64,000 nucleotides of DNA from Syntrophomonadaceae bacterium (GCA_050259615.1 JBLNAZ010000020.1:1513-65512), one strand, 5' to 3'. Numbered from the stretch's first letter, positions 44,057 to 55,011 are shown. Numbers and translations: made by a program. Notes: generated from the letters alone by a model not told the origin.

Positions 44057-46844
44057 ATACCGGTATAGTAAAATAGAATGTTGTGCCTTTACCCTCTTCA
44101 GATTCCACCCAGATATTTCCGCCATGATGCTCAACAATTCTCTTGCAGATGGCAAGACCGATTCCGGTTCCCGGATAAGACTCCCTGTCGTGCAGTCTCT
44201 GGAATATTACAAATATTCTTTCTTTGAACTGCGGATCAATGCCAATTCCATTGTCCTTGACGGAAAAAAGCCACAGCTTGTCCTTCTTTTCCGCGCTGAT
44301 ACCGATTTCAGGATCATTCTGACCCCTGAATTTTATGGCATTTGAAATCAGATTCTGAAATACCTGGCGGATCTGTGTTGTATCTGCATAAATTACAGGG
44401 AGTTTTCCATATTTAATTTTGGCGCTGTTTTCTTCAATAGTCACCTTAAGATCGGTAATAACATTATGCATAACCGCGTTTAAGTCAGTATTCACAAAGT
44501 TTTCGCCCTTTACTGTTATTCGGGAGAATGAGAGCAGGTCCTGTATAAGTGACTGCATTCTTCTGGAGCCTTCAATTATAAATTCAAGCAGCTGATCAGC
44601 CCTTTCGTCGAGCTTATTCCGGTATCCTCTTGAAAGCATCTGAGTATAATTGGCAATTACTCTGAGAGGCTCCTGCAGATCGTGCGAAGCCACATAGGCA
44701 AACTGCTCAAGTTCCTCGTTTGAACGCTCGAGGTTTCTGAGTGTCTCCTCAAGCTGCAGCATCATCTTTTCCCTCTCAGTTATATCAAGCACCAGCGAGA
44801 GCACCGAAATGAGCTCCCCGTTTGAATCCACAAGAGCCGAGTTATACCACTCGCATGTAATAACAGAGCCGTCTTTACGGTAATTGCGGTTCGTATGCAG
44901 ATTGCTGGTTTTCTTTGAGGCGAACATTGCAGCACTGAGTTCTGAAACTCTCTGTGCGTCATCCTCATGAACCCATCTGAAATCACCGATGTTTTTGCCG
45001 ATAACTTCATCAGCCTTCCAGCCGAAGATCTCCTCGGCTTTGCCCGACCAGCTTTTTATCTGGTATCCATTATTGAACTCAACTACAGCCAGCGGGGAAT
45101 TCTCGACGTGAAACTTCAGGTGCTGAAGTGCAACCTGAAGCGATTTTTCGGCCTGTTTTTGCTCTGTAACATCCAGAATAACAAAAATAATAAGTACAAT
45201 CTCCCCCTGAGTGTTGCGCACAGGCTCTACAAAATAGGAAAGAGTTCTTTCCCTGCCTGTATTTTTATTGCGCAGGCACAGCTCATAATTCTTTACAAAT
45301 TCACCTTTAACTGCTCTTGAGATGGGCCATTCTTCCAGGGGCATAACTTTCCCGTCGGGATAGAAAAGGCCGAACCTTTCATTATACTCATTGAGGTTTG
45401 ATGGCAAGCTTTCACCCTGTAAACCGAGCATGGCAATACCTGCCTTGTTAAATGAATTTATTTTGCCATAGGGATCGCTTACGCCAACTCCGGCGGGCAG
45501 GTTCTCAATTATAGCAGCCAGTTTACCGCGTTCAATTTCAAGTGCTTCGGAAAGTTCCTTGTAACGCCTTTCACTCTCGCGCAGCCGCTCTTCGTCATTT
45601 TTGCGTTCAGTAATATCCCTCCATGCAACAATTCCGCCCGTAATTTCCCCCTGCCTGGATCTTATCGGGGCAGCATTGCACAATAAATGGAGCGACTCGC
45701 CTTTGGAATTAATCTGAATTACTTCGGCGTTAATTACCTCCTCACCCTTTTCAATTGCACGCACAAGAGGCAGGTTCTCCGTTTTCATTTCAGTTATGCC
45801 ATCCGGGTAATAAACGTTCCACTTTTCAGCAACCGCATCAGCCGACATCCCCCGGTGAGCTCCGCCGAGTTTTTCTTCTCCGTAGCGGCTGACCATACGA
45901 ATGTTTATATCCTTTGCATCTGCAATCGTAATTCCTTCAGGCACAAATTCCATCAGTGCATCAAGTATGAGCTTGCTTTCTTCTATTTCAGCTTCTGCCC
46001 GTCTTTTATCGCTTATGTCATAAAATGTACTTACTGCAGCAATGATATCGCCATCGGCATTCTTAACAGGAGCTGCATTAACTGAAAGATATGTAAAGAT
46101 CCCGTCGCCTCTTTTATACAGCATCTCCTCACCCAGAACCACCTCTCCTTTTACTGCTCTTACAATCGGGTATTCTTCCGGAGCGTAAGGGATTTTATAG
46201 TCGTGCATTGCGCCGTATTTTGAATAACCTGTTAAGCCATCTACCTGGATCAATGGATGACCCAGCAGTCTGGATGCTTGTTCATTATGGTATAGCAGCT
46301 TCCCCGACGGAGCTTCAGCAATTGATACCCCGGAGGGCATCTGAGCCATTATGGAATTAAACCATGCACGTTCAAGCTCAAGTGTCTGCAGAAGCTCTTT
46401 ATTCTTTTCAGGCTTTGGACTGCTTTCTTTCCAGCTCAGTGCAATACTTTTCTCTAATGACGAAATATTGACGTCAATTATGCCTTTTTCACGTCTGTTT
46501 TTAATTTTATATGAAAGCGATGTAATATTAACAGGAAGGTGGTTTTTCAAAACCTTACGAATTGCGTTATACAGTTTTACGTTCTGCTTTTCGGGAAAGA
46601 GATCTGATAAACCTGTGCCTGCTGCTGCTTCCCTGTCAAGCCTCAGATGTCTTGCAGCGGCTTCATTGATAAATGCAACTGTAAAGCCTTCTGTAGTTTT
46701 CCCCTTTGCGCGTTCCGGTAAATCTCCTGCGGGTAGGATTACTGCAAAAGGCTCAATAAGATTTTCAAATACAGAAAACAGCTCACCGTTTCCGCCTGGC
46801 AGCGTGCTGTTCCGGGCAGATGCATCAGTATGATTTCTTTCCAT
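44055..46844 (-). CDS. cytoplasmic multi-PAS sensor histidine kinase (HisKA + HATPase_c)
   Basis: H-box FAYVASHDLQEPLRVI. N/G boxes NLISNAIKF, DNGIGI and GTGIGLAICKRIVEHHGG. Four PAC-end junctions (DISDKRR, DITERKN, DVTEQKQ, DITEREK). The start at 46844 (MERNHTD...) is preferred over the track start at 47030, but this is uncertain. Confidence 0.85.
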   Translation of the reverse strand: MERNHTDASARNSTLPGGNGELFSVFENLIEPFAVILPAGDLPERAKGKTTEGFTVAFINEAAARHLRLDREAAAGTGLSDLFPEKQNVKLYNAIRKVLKNHLPVNITSLSYKIKNRREKGIIDVNISSLEKSIALSWKESSPKPEKNKELLQTLELERAWFNSIMAQMPSGVSIAEAPSGKLLYHNEQASRLLGHPLIQVDGLTGYSKYGAMHDYKIPYAPEEYPIVRAVKGEVVLGEEMLYKRGDGIFTYLSVNAAPVKNADGDIIAAVSTFYDISDKRRAEAEIEESKLILDALMEFVPEGITIADAKDINIRMVSRYGEEKLGGAHRGMSADAVAEKWNVYYPDGITEMKTENLPLVRAIEKGEEVINAEVIQINSKGESLHLLCNAAPIRSRQGEITGGIVAWRDITERKNDEERLRESERRYKELSEALEIERGKLAAIIENLPAGVGVSDPYGKINSFNKAGIAMLGLQGESLPSNLNEYNERFGLFYPDGKVMPLEEWPISRAVKGEFVKNYELCLRNKNTGRERTLSYFVEPVRNTQGEIVLIIFVILDVTEQKQAEKSLQVALQHLKFHVENSPLAVVEFNNGYQIKSWSGKAEEIFGWKADEVIGKNIGDFRWVHEDDAQRVSELSAAMFASKKTSNLHTNRNYRKDGSVITCEWYNSALVDSNGELISVLSLVLDITEREKMMLQLEETLRNLERSNEELEQFAYVASHDLQEPLRVIANYTQMLSRGYRNKLDERADQLLEFIIEGSRRMQSLIQDLLSFSRITVKGENFVNTDLNAVMHNVITDLKVTIEENSAKIKYGKLPVIYADTTQIRQVFQNLISNAIKFRGQNDPEIGISAEKKDKLWLFSVKDNGIGIDPQFKERIFVIFQRLHDRESYPGTGIGLAICKRIVEHHGGNIWVESEEGKGTTFYFTIPV

Positions 46845-47039
46845 ACAGGACTTCTTCCAAATGGGCTTATTATTAATATTTCCGGACTTCTGCGGACAGA
46901 AAAAGAATAAACCGAATCCGCAGGTCCGGTCTAGGAAAAAATAAGGGAAATAGGTTATAATAGCAAGGAGAGAACGCCTCCTGCCCCCAAAGTCAGATCT
47001 GCTTCCGGGGGGCAGGCTTTTATCATACATTACGGGCTC

Positions 47040-47555
47040 TTAGAGCAGTTTTGACGCAAGATTGTATGCCTGCTCCGAGTGTGTGGTTACGTCGACATTC
47101 CGGATTATGGTATTAATAATTCCCTTCTTGTCAATTATGAAAGTTATTCTGTTATCCATTCCAAGTTTATTTAAGACGCCATAGGTTTTCGAGACATTTT
47201 TATCCTTATCGGAAAGAAGAGGGAAATTCAGGTGGTAATCGTCTATGAACTTCTTAATGTCTTCTTTAGAATCCACACTGACTCCAAGAACCGTAATATT
47301 GCTTTTCTTAAATCTGCCCATATCGTCCCTGATTCCGCAGGCTTCCTTAGTGCAGCCCGAGGTTCCGGCCTTTGGATAAAAGTAAAGAATAACGGGCGAC
47401 TTATCCCTGAAGGAAGAAAGACTGTAGCTCTTGCCTGAAGCATCCTGAAGCGTGAAGTCGGGCGCTTTGTCGCCTTCCTTCAATTGAGGGACATCTCCTC
47501 CCAGGACTGCAAAAATAAGACTGCTGAAGACTGAAACTAAAAATAACCTTAACAT
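47040..47555 (-). CDS. bcp: peroxiredoxin Bcp/PrxQ type with N-terminal signal peptide
   Basis: 171 aa. FYPKAGTSGCTKEACGIRD (CX4C). Hydrophobic N-terminus MLRLFLVSVFSSLIFAVLG. Confidence 0.82.
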   Translation of the reverse strand: MLRLFLVSVFSSLIFAVLGGDVPQLKEGDKAPDFTLQDASGKSYSLSSFRDKSPVILYFYPKAGTSGCTKEACGIRDDMGRFKKSNITVLGVSVDSKEDIKKFIDDYHLNFPLLSDKDKNVSKTYGVLNKLGMDNRITFIIDKKGIINTIIRNVDVTTHSEQAYNLASKLL

Positions 47556-47646
47556 AAAAGTTCCTCAAATGCTGTTGTTATTATTATAACGCTTTGTATA
47601 AGGGTAAAAGTTCAATGGGAACGCCTGGACTGGAATGACCGTCTGG

Positions 47647-49149
47647 CTATTTCACCTTCTTTTCCTTTTCAACCTGCTCTGCAAGGTTTGCCTTCACCTT
47701 GGGAAGGTTTTTAAGTATGTTTTCATCCTTAGGGTTTGCCAGGAGCCCCCGTTCCCAGATTTCGATAACTTTATTCCAGTCCTTCCGGATTGAATAAAGG
47801 CATCCCAGATTATAATAATAACTGCTGTTTTGGGGCTGAAGTTCTATCAGCTTCTTATAATCCTTTGCAGCATCTTCGTACTGCTTAAGGGCAAGAAGGC
47901 ACTGCGCACGGTTTATCCGGGCAGGAAGCGACTTTGAATTGAATCTTATTGCTGAAGAAAAATCGGTGGCTGCCTCGTTCAGCTTCCCCAGGTTCCTTAA
48001 GCATATTCCCCTGTTAATTAAAAGCGTATCGTTGATTTCATACTTCAATGCTTCAGAGAAATTCTTAACGGCAGCTTCCAGGCGCCCCGTTTTATAGCTG
48101 CAGTTGCCGAGATACTTGTAAAGTGTGAAGTAACCGGGATCCAGCGCGAGGGCCTTCCGGAAGTCCTCTTCTGCTTTTTTATAATCACCTTCTTCATAAA
48201 ACAGGCTTCCGCGGTTGCTGTATGCGGCAGTAAACTTCGGGTCAATTTTAATTGCATCCGTATAGAGCGATATTTTCCCGGCTCTGCTTCCAGTGCTGTC
48301 AGCTTTATGGAAAAGTTTGAGTGCTTCTGCATTAATGAGGCGGTCCTTAGGATTATAATTATCCAGTTCATTCAGTGCAATCTGGGTTATGCCTTCTTTA
48401 TACTTTGGAGGAGCCGATTCTACTGCCTTAACAATGCCTGAAGAGTATATTCTCAGATCCTCATCAGTTTCATTTTCCGAAAGCGGTTTAAGCTTTGTAA
48501 TTATTTCACCGGGCAGTATTGCAATACCGTATGGGCTGTTCTGCACAGCAGGGCTGCCGCTTTCAGATTTTGGGACGTCTATTTCATTCAGCATCCTCTT
48601 TAAGGCAAGCCAGCAGCGGAGTCTTTCCTCCTTTTTCCCGCATTCCGAGAGTATGCGTATCTGCCTTCTCATGAGGCCTGTTTTCATCCGGCTTAAGTCG
48701 AGGTTTGTGGTAGCAAAAATTGCCATGCTTACAAGTTTTTTATCTGAACGCTGGTTCTGGAAAAGAATTTCCAGCCGCCTTTGAACGGCATTCAGCATGC
48801 GGAAACTAATCTCCGAAAAAGAGATTTCAGGCATGAAGTCATTTGAAATGGAGGAGTAAACTGCCAGTGCATCAACCTGGAGTGATACTTTCTCTATTTC
48901 CACCAGCAGGGAGTCGAAATCATTTGAGGAGTTGTCTAATATTTCGCCTGAAGAAAGCAGATCTGAAATTTCAGTTATCTTTTTAGCCGAAGGGCTGTTA
49001 TACTGCCTTTCGAGGCCGTTTACTTCATGCGATAAATTCCTTAATATCTTAATGGAATTAATTGGACTTATTCCTGCAGAATCCTGTGCGGAAATACCTG
49101 CAGAAAACATGGAGATAATAAATAGCAGTATAAAATACTTCCATCTCAT
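47647..49149 (-). CDS. TPR-repeat protein, secreted
   Basis: The start at 49149 (MRWKYFILLFIISMFSAGISAQ) is preferred, because the track start at 49242 would overlap the MCP terminator. The C-terminal half has multiple TPR units (AAYSNRGSLFYEEGDYKKAEEDFRKALALDP...). Confidence 0.78.
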   Translation of the reverse strand: MRWKYFILLFIISMFSAGISAQDSAGISPINSIKILRNLSHEVNGLERQYNSPSAKKITEISDLLSSGEILDNSSNDFDSLLVEIEKVSLQVDALAVYSSISNDFMPEISFSEISFRMLNAVQRRLEILFQNQRSDKKLVSMAIFATTNLDLSRMKTGLMRRQIRILSECGKKEERLRCWLALKRMLNEIDVPKSESGSPAVQNSPYGIAILPGEIITKLKPLSENETDEDLRIYSSGIVKAVESAPPKYKEGITQIALNELDNYNPKDRLINAEALKLFHKADSTGSRAGKISLYTDAIKIDPKFTAAYSNRGSLFYEEGDYKKAEEDFRKALALDPGYFTLYKYLGNCSYKTGRLEAAVKNFSEALKYEINDTLLINRGICLRNLGKLNEAATDFSSAIRFNSKSLPARINRAQCLLALKQYEDAAKDYKKLIELQPQNSSYYYNLGCLYSIRKDWNKVIEIWERGLLANPKDENILKNLPKVKANLAEQVEKEKKVK

Positions 49150-49210
49150 CGTTATCAAACCAATTTCACAAAGGCTGTTACATTCAGGCGCGCAGTAATG
49201 AACTGACGTA

Positions 49211-49266
49211 AAAAAGATAAAGATTAGCAGTAAAAGAAGCAATGCTTCTCTTAATCTGCTAATCTT
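49211..49266 (-). terminator. nested-hairpin intrinsic terminator after the MCP gene
   Basis: Outer stem AAAGATTAGCAG/CTGCTAATCTTT (12 bp). Inner stem AGAAGC/GCTTCT. On the minus strand it is followed by ATCTTTTTT. Confidence 0.65.
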
Positions 49267-49275
49267 TAATGAAGT

Positions 49276-51189
49276 TTAGTGCTCGTGGAGGGATATTTCA
49301 GATCCGGTATTGAATTTACTTACAAGCGTCTGCAGGCCGAGCGTAAGGCGCTCAAGGCCTTCGGCAGCTTCAGCCACCTGGTGAATTCCTGCAGAGGACT
49401 GGCGTGTCACATCTGTAATAGCCTCTACACTTTTACTGATTTCTTCGCTTGCAGCCGACTGTTCCTGACTGGCTGAAGCGATCTGCAGAATAAGTTCAGA
49501 TACCTTTTCAGTTCCCATGATAATTTCATCCAGTGCCGCACCCGCCCGGTTAGCAAGCGCCTTTCCATTTTCCACTTCGAGTGTACCCTTGGAAATTGAG
49601 TTGATCGCTGCAGCAGTATCATTCTGGATGTGGCTGATCATCTGGGATATTTCCTTAGTAGCCTTAGTGGTCTTTTCGGCAAGTTTGCGGACCTCGTCGG
49701 CTACAACTGCAAAGCCGCGTCCCTGTTCACCGGCACGCGCAGCCTCAATTGCGGCGTTGAGTGCAAGCAGGTTTGTCTGGTCTGCAATGTCGTCAATAAC
49801 CTGAATAATCTCGCCGATCTGGCCGCTGTTTCTGCCCAGTTCCTCTACTGTCGAAGCGGATGTTAAGACGACCTCTGCAATCTTGTTCATTCCGGAAATA
49901 GTCTCTTTTACCACTCTGCCGCCGTCGCGTGCTTTTTCACCTGCATCCCTTGCAGTGTCAGCAGCAAGCGAAGAATTCTGCGTGGTATCAATTATGGTCC
50001 TTGTCATCTGGTCAATTGCTGATGCAATTTCAGCTGCCTGCTCAGCCTGGCTTGTGCTGCCTTTGGCAATCTCCTCTGTGCTTGAGGAGATCTGAGCGCT
50101 TGCAGTAGCAGTCTCCCCCACCGCCCCGGCGACATTGGATACCATATAATTGAAATTTTCTACTGTACTGTTGAAACCATTGAACAGCCTGCCGATAATG
50201 TCGTCATTATCGCTGTGAAGTCTTACAGTCAGATCTCCATTTGAAAACTTTTCCATTCCCCGGAGCATTTCTTCAACAGATCTTGAAAGATATTCTTTTT
50301 GTTGTTCCGATTCCTTAACGGCTTCTTCTACTTTTTTCTCAACGCCCGCCTTTTCGGCCGAGAGATGATCCAGCGTCTGGTTCAGGCTGCTAACCATTTT
50401 ACTCATAGACTGGGCAAGCATTTGTGTTTCATCTTTACTGTTTACAGAAAGAGAAAGGCTCAGATCGCCATCGGCTATTTTCTTTGCAGTCTCTGCAAGA
50501 TAATGAATGGGTTTTATGATCTTCTTCAGGACAATGAAAGTAATGAATAAGAATACGGCATACAGTACTGTGCCTGCCCCGATATTTGTCAGGAGAGTCT
50601 TTGTTCTGCCCGATTCAATATCCTGGAGCGAGTAGTCGGCGCCGACAACAAAAACCTTTCCTTTCGGAGTAGTAAAAGGAATCAGCACTGAACGCAGGGT
50701 ACCCCAGCGATCGGTATACTCCTCAAAGTGAATTTCCTTATCCTTAAAGGTTTCATGCATTTTCTCTGAAGCTTCAGAATAAACCTGATAGAAAGGCGAG
50801 TAAGTGCCCTTTTCAAGCTCTTCATCTGTAGCGCTGGAGGAAGTAAAATGTATTGAATCATCCGGAGTTTCAACCATTGTATAGACATACTTGAGGCCCA
50901 GTTTGTTTGTAATAAGGCTGAGTTTTTTAGTATTCTCCAGATTTTCCTGTTCCGAAACAGCAGTGGCGCTGTCTATACGGTCGTGGTACTCATTCCCGAA
51001 TGCATAATAGGCGCTGTATGCACCGGAGATCAGTTTATCATCTATTGATTTTGAAAGAATCGATTTCTCATTTTCGTAGGAATAGTAAGTGTAAAAAACT
51101 ATCATAACGAACCCGAACAAAGAGATCAGGAGCATTATTTTGTCCCTGATCAGAAGATTCCCCATTTTATGTTTAAGTGCCCGGATCAT
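49276..51189 (-). CDS. methyl-accepting chemotaxis protein (periplasmic Cache-like sensor, HAMP, MCP signalling domain)
   Basis: 637 aa. Two TM segments flank a roughly 170-aa sensor. Highly conserved [40 protein letters not shown]. Confidence 0.92.
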   Translation of the reverse strand: MIRALKHKMGNLLIRDKIMLLISLFGFVMIVFYTYYSYENEKSILSKSIDDKLISGAYSAYYAFGNEYHDRIDSATAVSEQENLENTKKLSLITNKLGLKYVYTMVETPDDSIHFTSSSATDEELEKGTYSPFYQVYSEASEKMHETFKDKEIHFEEYTDRWGTLRSVLIPFTTPKGKVFVVGADYSLQDIESGRTKTLLTNIGAGTVLYAVFLFITFIVLKKIIKPIHYLAETAKKIADGDLSLSLSVNSKDETQMLAQSMSKMVSSLNQTLDHLSAEKAGVEKKVEEAVKESEQQKEYLSRSVEEMLRGMEKFSNGDLTVRLHSDNDDIIGRLFNGFNSTVENFNYMVSNVAGAVGETATASAQISSSTEEIAKGSTSQAEQAAEIASAIDQMTRTIIDTTQNSSLAADTARDAGEKARDGGRVVKETISGMNKIAEVVLTSASTVEELGRNSGQIGEIIQVIDDIADQTNLLALNAAIEAARAGEQGRGFAVVADEVRKLAEKTTKATKEISQMISHIQNDTAAAINSISKGTLEVENGKALANRAGAALDEIIMGTEKVSELILQIASASQEQSAASEEISKSVEAITDVTRQSSAGIHQVAEAAEGLERLTLGLQTLVSKFNTGSEISLHEH

Positions 51190-51227
51190 ATAAGCTTTCC
51201 CCTCAAATAATTTGTTATGGAAGCGGT

Positions 51228-51259
51228 TGCTGAGCCGGAGTTAAAGTTCCGGCTCAGCA
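51228..51259. other. perfect 11-bp hairpin between the porin-like gene and the MCP gene
   Basis: TGCTGAGCCGG-10 nt-CCGGCTCAGCA. No U-tract. Confidence 0.4.
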
Positions 51260-51302
51260 CAGGCTAAGACAATTGAATGCCGCAAAAGGTTTAATATATT
51301 AC

Positions 51303-52076
51303 TTATAAACTGACCTTAAAAACAACGTATGTGTTTTTGACGTGCGGGTTCATAATAAAGGAAAGTCCCACGGGAAGATTGAAATCCTGCGTGATTTTAA
51401 TTTCTTTTGAAACATTAAATCCCAGGTTGATCACCTGGAACTTATCGGATGTAACACAGTGCCATACGCTCGGTCCCTGTGCGGCACCGGCAAAAAAGTT
51501 AAGCGAAGTCCCGTTAAATTTAACCGGGTAGCCTAATTCAACATAAAGAGATTTCTGATCAGGCAGATCGTTATATATATTGCTGCTCAGTGTAAAACTG
51601 ACAGGAAATGCTTCGGGTCCTGTATATATAAAGGCAGCCTCCATAGTATGGGCGCCTTCGCCGTTATTCTTGAAGTCAGAGAGTTTAAGGCTGTCTATAT
51701 AAGGATAATAATAATCTGTTGCCGTAGCCGAAAACGTACCAACTGAAGTTTCATAAGAATATTTAAGATAGAAGTCATTTTCAGCATAATTTCCCGTTAT
51801 GCCGTAGGATCCCCAAAGTCCCAGACTGAAACTTCCTGCTGAATTAAGGTTCAGGTCAAATGAACCGTAAGGCTGTATCTGCGGAACCGCCGGAGAGCCC
51901 CCAAGCTCTATTCCGCGCCATACATAGCGGCTTACAACGTCGGCGCCAAAATTAAATGAATACGGCTTAGCTTCCACTTTTGTAGAATCTTCCGCTTCCT
52001 GAGCCTGAAGAAGTGAAGAACTCATTAAAAATGAAATAAAAATAATCACAGGCAGGTAAAAATATTTCGAACGCAT
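51303..52076 (-). CDS. putative outer-membrane beta-barrel porin (TorF-like)
   Basis: 257 aa. Signal peptide, alternating beta-strand pattern, SRYVWRGIELGG motif. Ends VVFKVSL. Confidence 0.55.
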   Translation of the reverse strand: MRSKYFYLPVIIFISFLMSSSLLQAQEAEDSTKVEAKPYSFNFGADVVSRYVWRGIELGGSPAVPQIQPYGSFDLNLNSAGSFSLGLWGSYGITGNYAENDFYLKYSYETSVGTFSATATDYYYPYIDSLKLSDFKNNGEGAHTMEAAFIYTGPEAFPVSFTLSSNIYNDLPDQKSLYVELGYPVKFNGTSLNFFAGAAQGPSVWHCVTSDKFQVINLGFNVSKEIKITQDFNLPVGLSFIMNPHVKNTYVVFKVSL

Positions 52077-52415
52077 GTAATTCCCCTCATAGTATGTAGA
52101 TTTAGTGATATAGGTCCCATTCCCTTTTCTAAAAAAACAGGATTTTTAACTGCTTTCAGGTAAAAACAGATAAAGTCAACTTATTATCGGATGAAGAAGG
52201 GTACTAATTTAGTGCCCTTTTGTAATTTTTGGCAAAAAGTCACTTAAAACCCTCATTTTTCTGAAAATAAATAATATTATATTGGAAGAGGATTAAAAGT
52301 GCTTAATGTATTACCTGCATAATAAGAACTGCTGCAAGAGGCATTGTCATGGAATTAAAGAAAAAACCGATCATTGTTTATCTAATTCTGCTCTAAATTC
52401 CTTTTACTATAATTT

Positions 52416-54938
52416 TTACCGGAAGGTGTTCCCCTTTTTAGTCTTATTTGTCGCCTCTGCCTTAAGCGGATCATCGGGCCAGACGTGTTTGGGATATTTT
52501 ATGCGCATCTGTTTTAATATTTCAGCGTATGTGTTTGTCCAGAAACTCCTTAAGTCCTGTGTTATTGCAAGAGGCCTCATTGCCGGTGAAAGCAGGTGTA
52601 TAAGAACAGGGACTTTCCCTCCGGCAATCCTGGGAGTATCCACCTGTCCGAAGAGCTCCTGAAGCCTTACTGCAAGAACAGGCTTTTCACCCTCATCGTA
52701 TTTTAATCTTACATTTGATCCGCCCGGAACCTTTATTGACTGGGGTGCCATTACGTCAAGCATATTCATCTGCTCATAGGAAAAAACAGATTTTATAACT
52801 GCCGTCATATCCAGCGCTTCAATATCTTTCTTTCTTTTTACTCCAATAAGGTAAGGCTTAAGCCAGCTGTCCATTGTATTAAGCAGATTTTCATCAGTCA
52901 GAACGGGCCAGAAAGAAAACCGGGGATCATTTTCACCGGCAAGGCTGAGTCTGAGCCATTCCGATCTTTCTCTTATATTAATACTTTCTTTATCCCAAGG
53001 CAGGGAGTTAATCCCTTCAGATCTCAGATGGTCTATTACCGCTCTTTCAATTTCCTCTTCTGTAGGAGCAAATTCTTTTTCATGTATTGCAACTGAGCCC
53101 AGCTTAACTTTTCTGAACCCCTTTACCGCAGAACCCGACCACAAGACAGTCTCCTCGTTTTGAAGAATGTCCCCGAAGGTGTCCAGTATTTCGTCCCTTG
53201 TAATTGGAGCAGCAAGAAAAACTTTTGCGACGGCAGCGGCGGCATCAACCTCGGCAACTGAAAGGAATTCCTCCCTTAAAAGTAGATTTCCTTCTGGAAT
53301 TGAGACCATTGTGCCCTGTGCCATCTGGTACTGACTGGAAGATTTTTTAACGGCTATCCGTTCAGGATATGCCATAGCAAGAAGAACTCCCAGACTTTCC
53401 CCGCTTACTTTGTCTTCGGATGCATGAACTATTTTCATGAGGCGGCGCGCATGCAGATGGATCCTTTTACTAAGCATCGCCTGCCTGTCATCTTTGGGAT
53501 TCACGAGTAAATGCCAGCGTTCATAAAGGTTTATTTCTTTACTGCCGAAAGCGCTGCCTTCTTCAAGAAGGGATGCGAGCAGGCACGCCTCAGACGCCAA
53601 GCCCTTTTCGAGGGCATGCAGTATCATTGCCGAGAGGCGCGGGTGAACAGGAAGACCTGTCATTTTCTTTCCGTATGGCGTCAGCTTTCCCTGAGTATCC
53701 ACAGCGCCCAGCATGAAAAGAATTGATCTTGCCTGTGAAATGTTAGCCTTTGGAGGAGGATCTGGAAACAGCAGTCCCTCGCCTTCAGGTGCCCCCCACT
53801 GCGCAAGTTCCAGTGCAAGAGGTGCCAGATCTGCCGACAGAATTTCGGGCATCGTGAAATCCGGATGAAACTCCTCTTCCTCTTTTGTCCATAGCCTGTA
53901 GCATACTCCTGGCTCCTGTCTTCCGGCACGCCCGCGCCTCTGGTCGGCTGAGGCTTTGGAGACCGCGACAGTCAGAAGACCCGGCATCCCCCTTTTCACG
54001 TCAAAAGCAGATATGCGCGAAAGCCCGGCGTCAACTACTATCCGGACCCCGTCAATTGTAAGACTCGTTTCGGCAATGCTTGTTGAAAGTATGACTTTTC
54101 TTTTGCCCATGGGAGCCGGGCGCAGTGAAGCCTCCTGCTCCTCCCTGGAAGCTTCTCCGTAAAGCTCATGCAATAAAACATCGCTTCCGCGGAAACGGTC
54201 AATAAGGAGTTCACCTGTACGTTTTATCTCCTTTTTGCCCGGCAGAAAAACAAGAATGTCGCCGTCCTCTTTTTTCAGCGCATTAAGTATAGCTTCGGCA
54301 GTTTTAATTTCAAGTTTTTTATCGGCCGGATGCTTCAGGTAATGGGTTTCAACGGGATATGCCCTGCCGGAAGATTCAACTACGGGAGGCTTACCGAGCA
54401 GTGAAGAAAACTTCTCTATGTCCGGCGTAGCCGACATAATGAGGATTTTAATACCGGGGCGCAGGTTCTTCTGAACGTCCAGCAGGAATGCAAGCCCCGT
54501 ATCGGCATTGATGCTGCGCTCATGAAATTCATCGAATATTACCATTCCCGCCTCAGGCAGCTCAGCGTCCGACTGCAGCATGCGTGTAAGTATGCCTTCG
54601 GTTACAACTTCAATTTTTGTTTCAGGCCCAGTGCAGGTTTCTGTCCTTATGCGGTAGCCAATGGTCTGGCCGCATTTTTCATTTCTTTGGGATGACATAT
54701 ACTCAGCCGAACGCCTTGCAGCGATGCGGCGGGGTTCAAGCATAATAATTTTTTTGCCCTTCAGATACTCCTCACCCAGGAGCGCCACAGGCACTATGGT
54801 TGTTTTACCTGCTCCGGGAGGTGCAACAAGAATACATATATTGCTTTCATGCAGCGCCTTTTTAAGCCCCGGGAGAGTTTCTTCTATAGGATAAACTTTT
54901 CTTTCCAGTGTTAAAAATCCGACAATGGGTAAAATCAA
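52416..54938 (-). CDS. hrpB: ATP-dependent helicase HrpB (DEAH-box)
   Basis: 840 aa. Contains APPGAGKTT, DEFHERS, SATPD, TSIAETSLTI, QRRGRAGR and an HrpB-type C-terminal region. TTG start. Confidence 0.9.
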   Translation of the reverse strand: MILPIVGFLTLERKVYPIEETLPGLKKALHESNICILVAPPGAGKTTIVPVALLGEEYLKGKKIIMLEPRRIAARRSAEYMSSQRNEKCGQTIGYRIRTETCTGPETKIEVVTEGILTRMLQSDAELPEAGMVIFDEFHERSINADTGLAFLLDVQKNLRPGIKILIMSATPDIEKFSSLLGKPPVVESSGRAYPVETHYLKHPADKKLEIKTAEAILNALKKEDGDILVFLPGKKEIKRTGELLIDRFRGSDVLLHELYGEASREEQEASLRPAPMGKRKVILSTSIAETSLTIDGVRIVVDAGLSRISAFDVKRGMPGLLTVAVSKASADQRRGRAGRQEPGVCYRLWTKEEEEFHPDFTMPEILSADLAPLALELAQWGAPEGEGLLFPDPPPKANISQARSILFMLGAVDTQGKLTPYGKKMTGLPVHPRLSAMILHALEKGLASEACLLASLLEEGSAFGSKEINLYERWHLLVNPKDDRQAMLSKRIHLHARRLMKIVHASEDKVSGESLGVLLAMAYPERIAVKKSSSQYQMAQGTMVSIPEGNLLLREEFLSVAEVDAAAAVAKVFLAAPITRDEILDTFGDILQNEETVLWSGSAVKGFRKVKLGSVAIHEKEFAPTEEEIERAVIDHLRSEGINSLPWDKESINIRERSEWLRLSLAGENDPRFSFWPVLTDENLLNTMDSWLKPYLIGVKRKKDIEALDMTAVIKSVFSYEQMNMLDVMAPQSIKVPGGSNVRLKYDEGEKPVLAVRLQELFGQVDTPRIAGGKVPVLIHLLSPAMRPLAITQDLRSFWTNTYAEILKQMRIKYPKHVWPDDPLKAEATNKTKKGNTFR

Positions 54939-55011
54939 AAATTAAATATAAAGCTTATTATCCTTAGCTGCGATTGAATTCCATCTGCATGCAGGTTTCC
55001 CTTATTTCCCC

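Noticed and set aside
46351-46833. 160-aa plus-strand ORF
   Set aside because: It is antisense to the kinase N-terminal PAS region and looks like a Ser/Phe/Leu-rich artefact.
46845-47030. 62-aa N-terminal extension of the histidine kinase ORF
   Set aside because: It has an odd composition (FPYFFLDRTCGFGLFFFC) with no signal or TM logic for a PAS kinase. The internal ATG at 46844 is more plausible. The extension is kept only as an alternative.
52306-52662. 118-aa plus-strand ORF
   Set aside because: Most of it overlaps the hrpB 3' end antisense. There are no motifs, and the remainder lies in AT-rich intergenic DNA.
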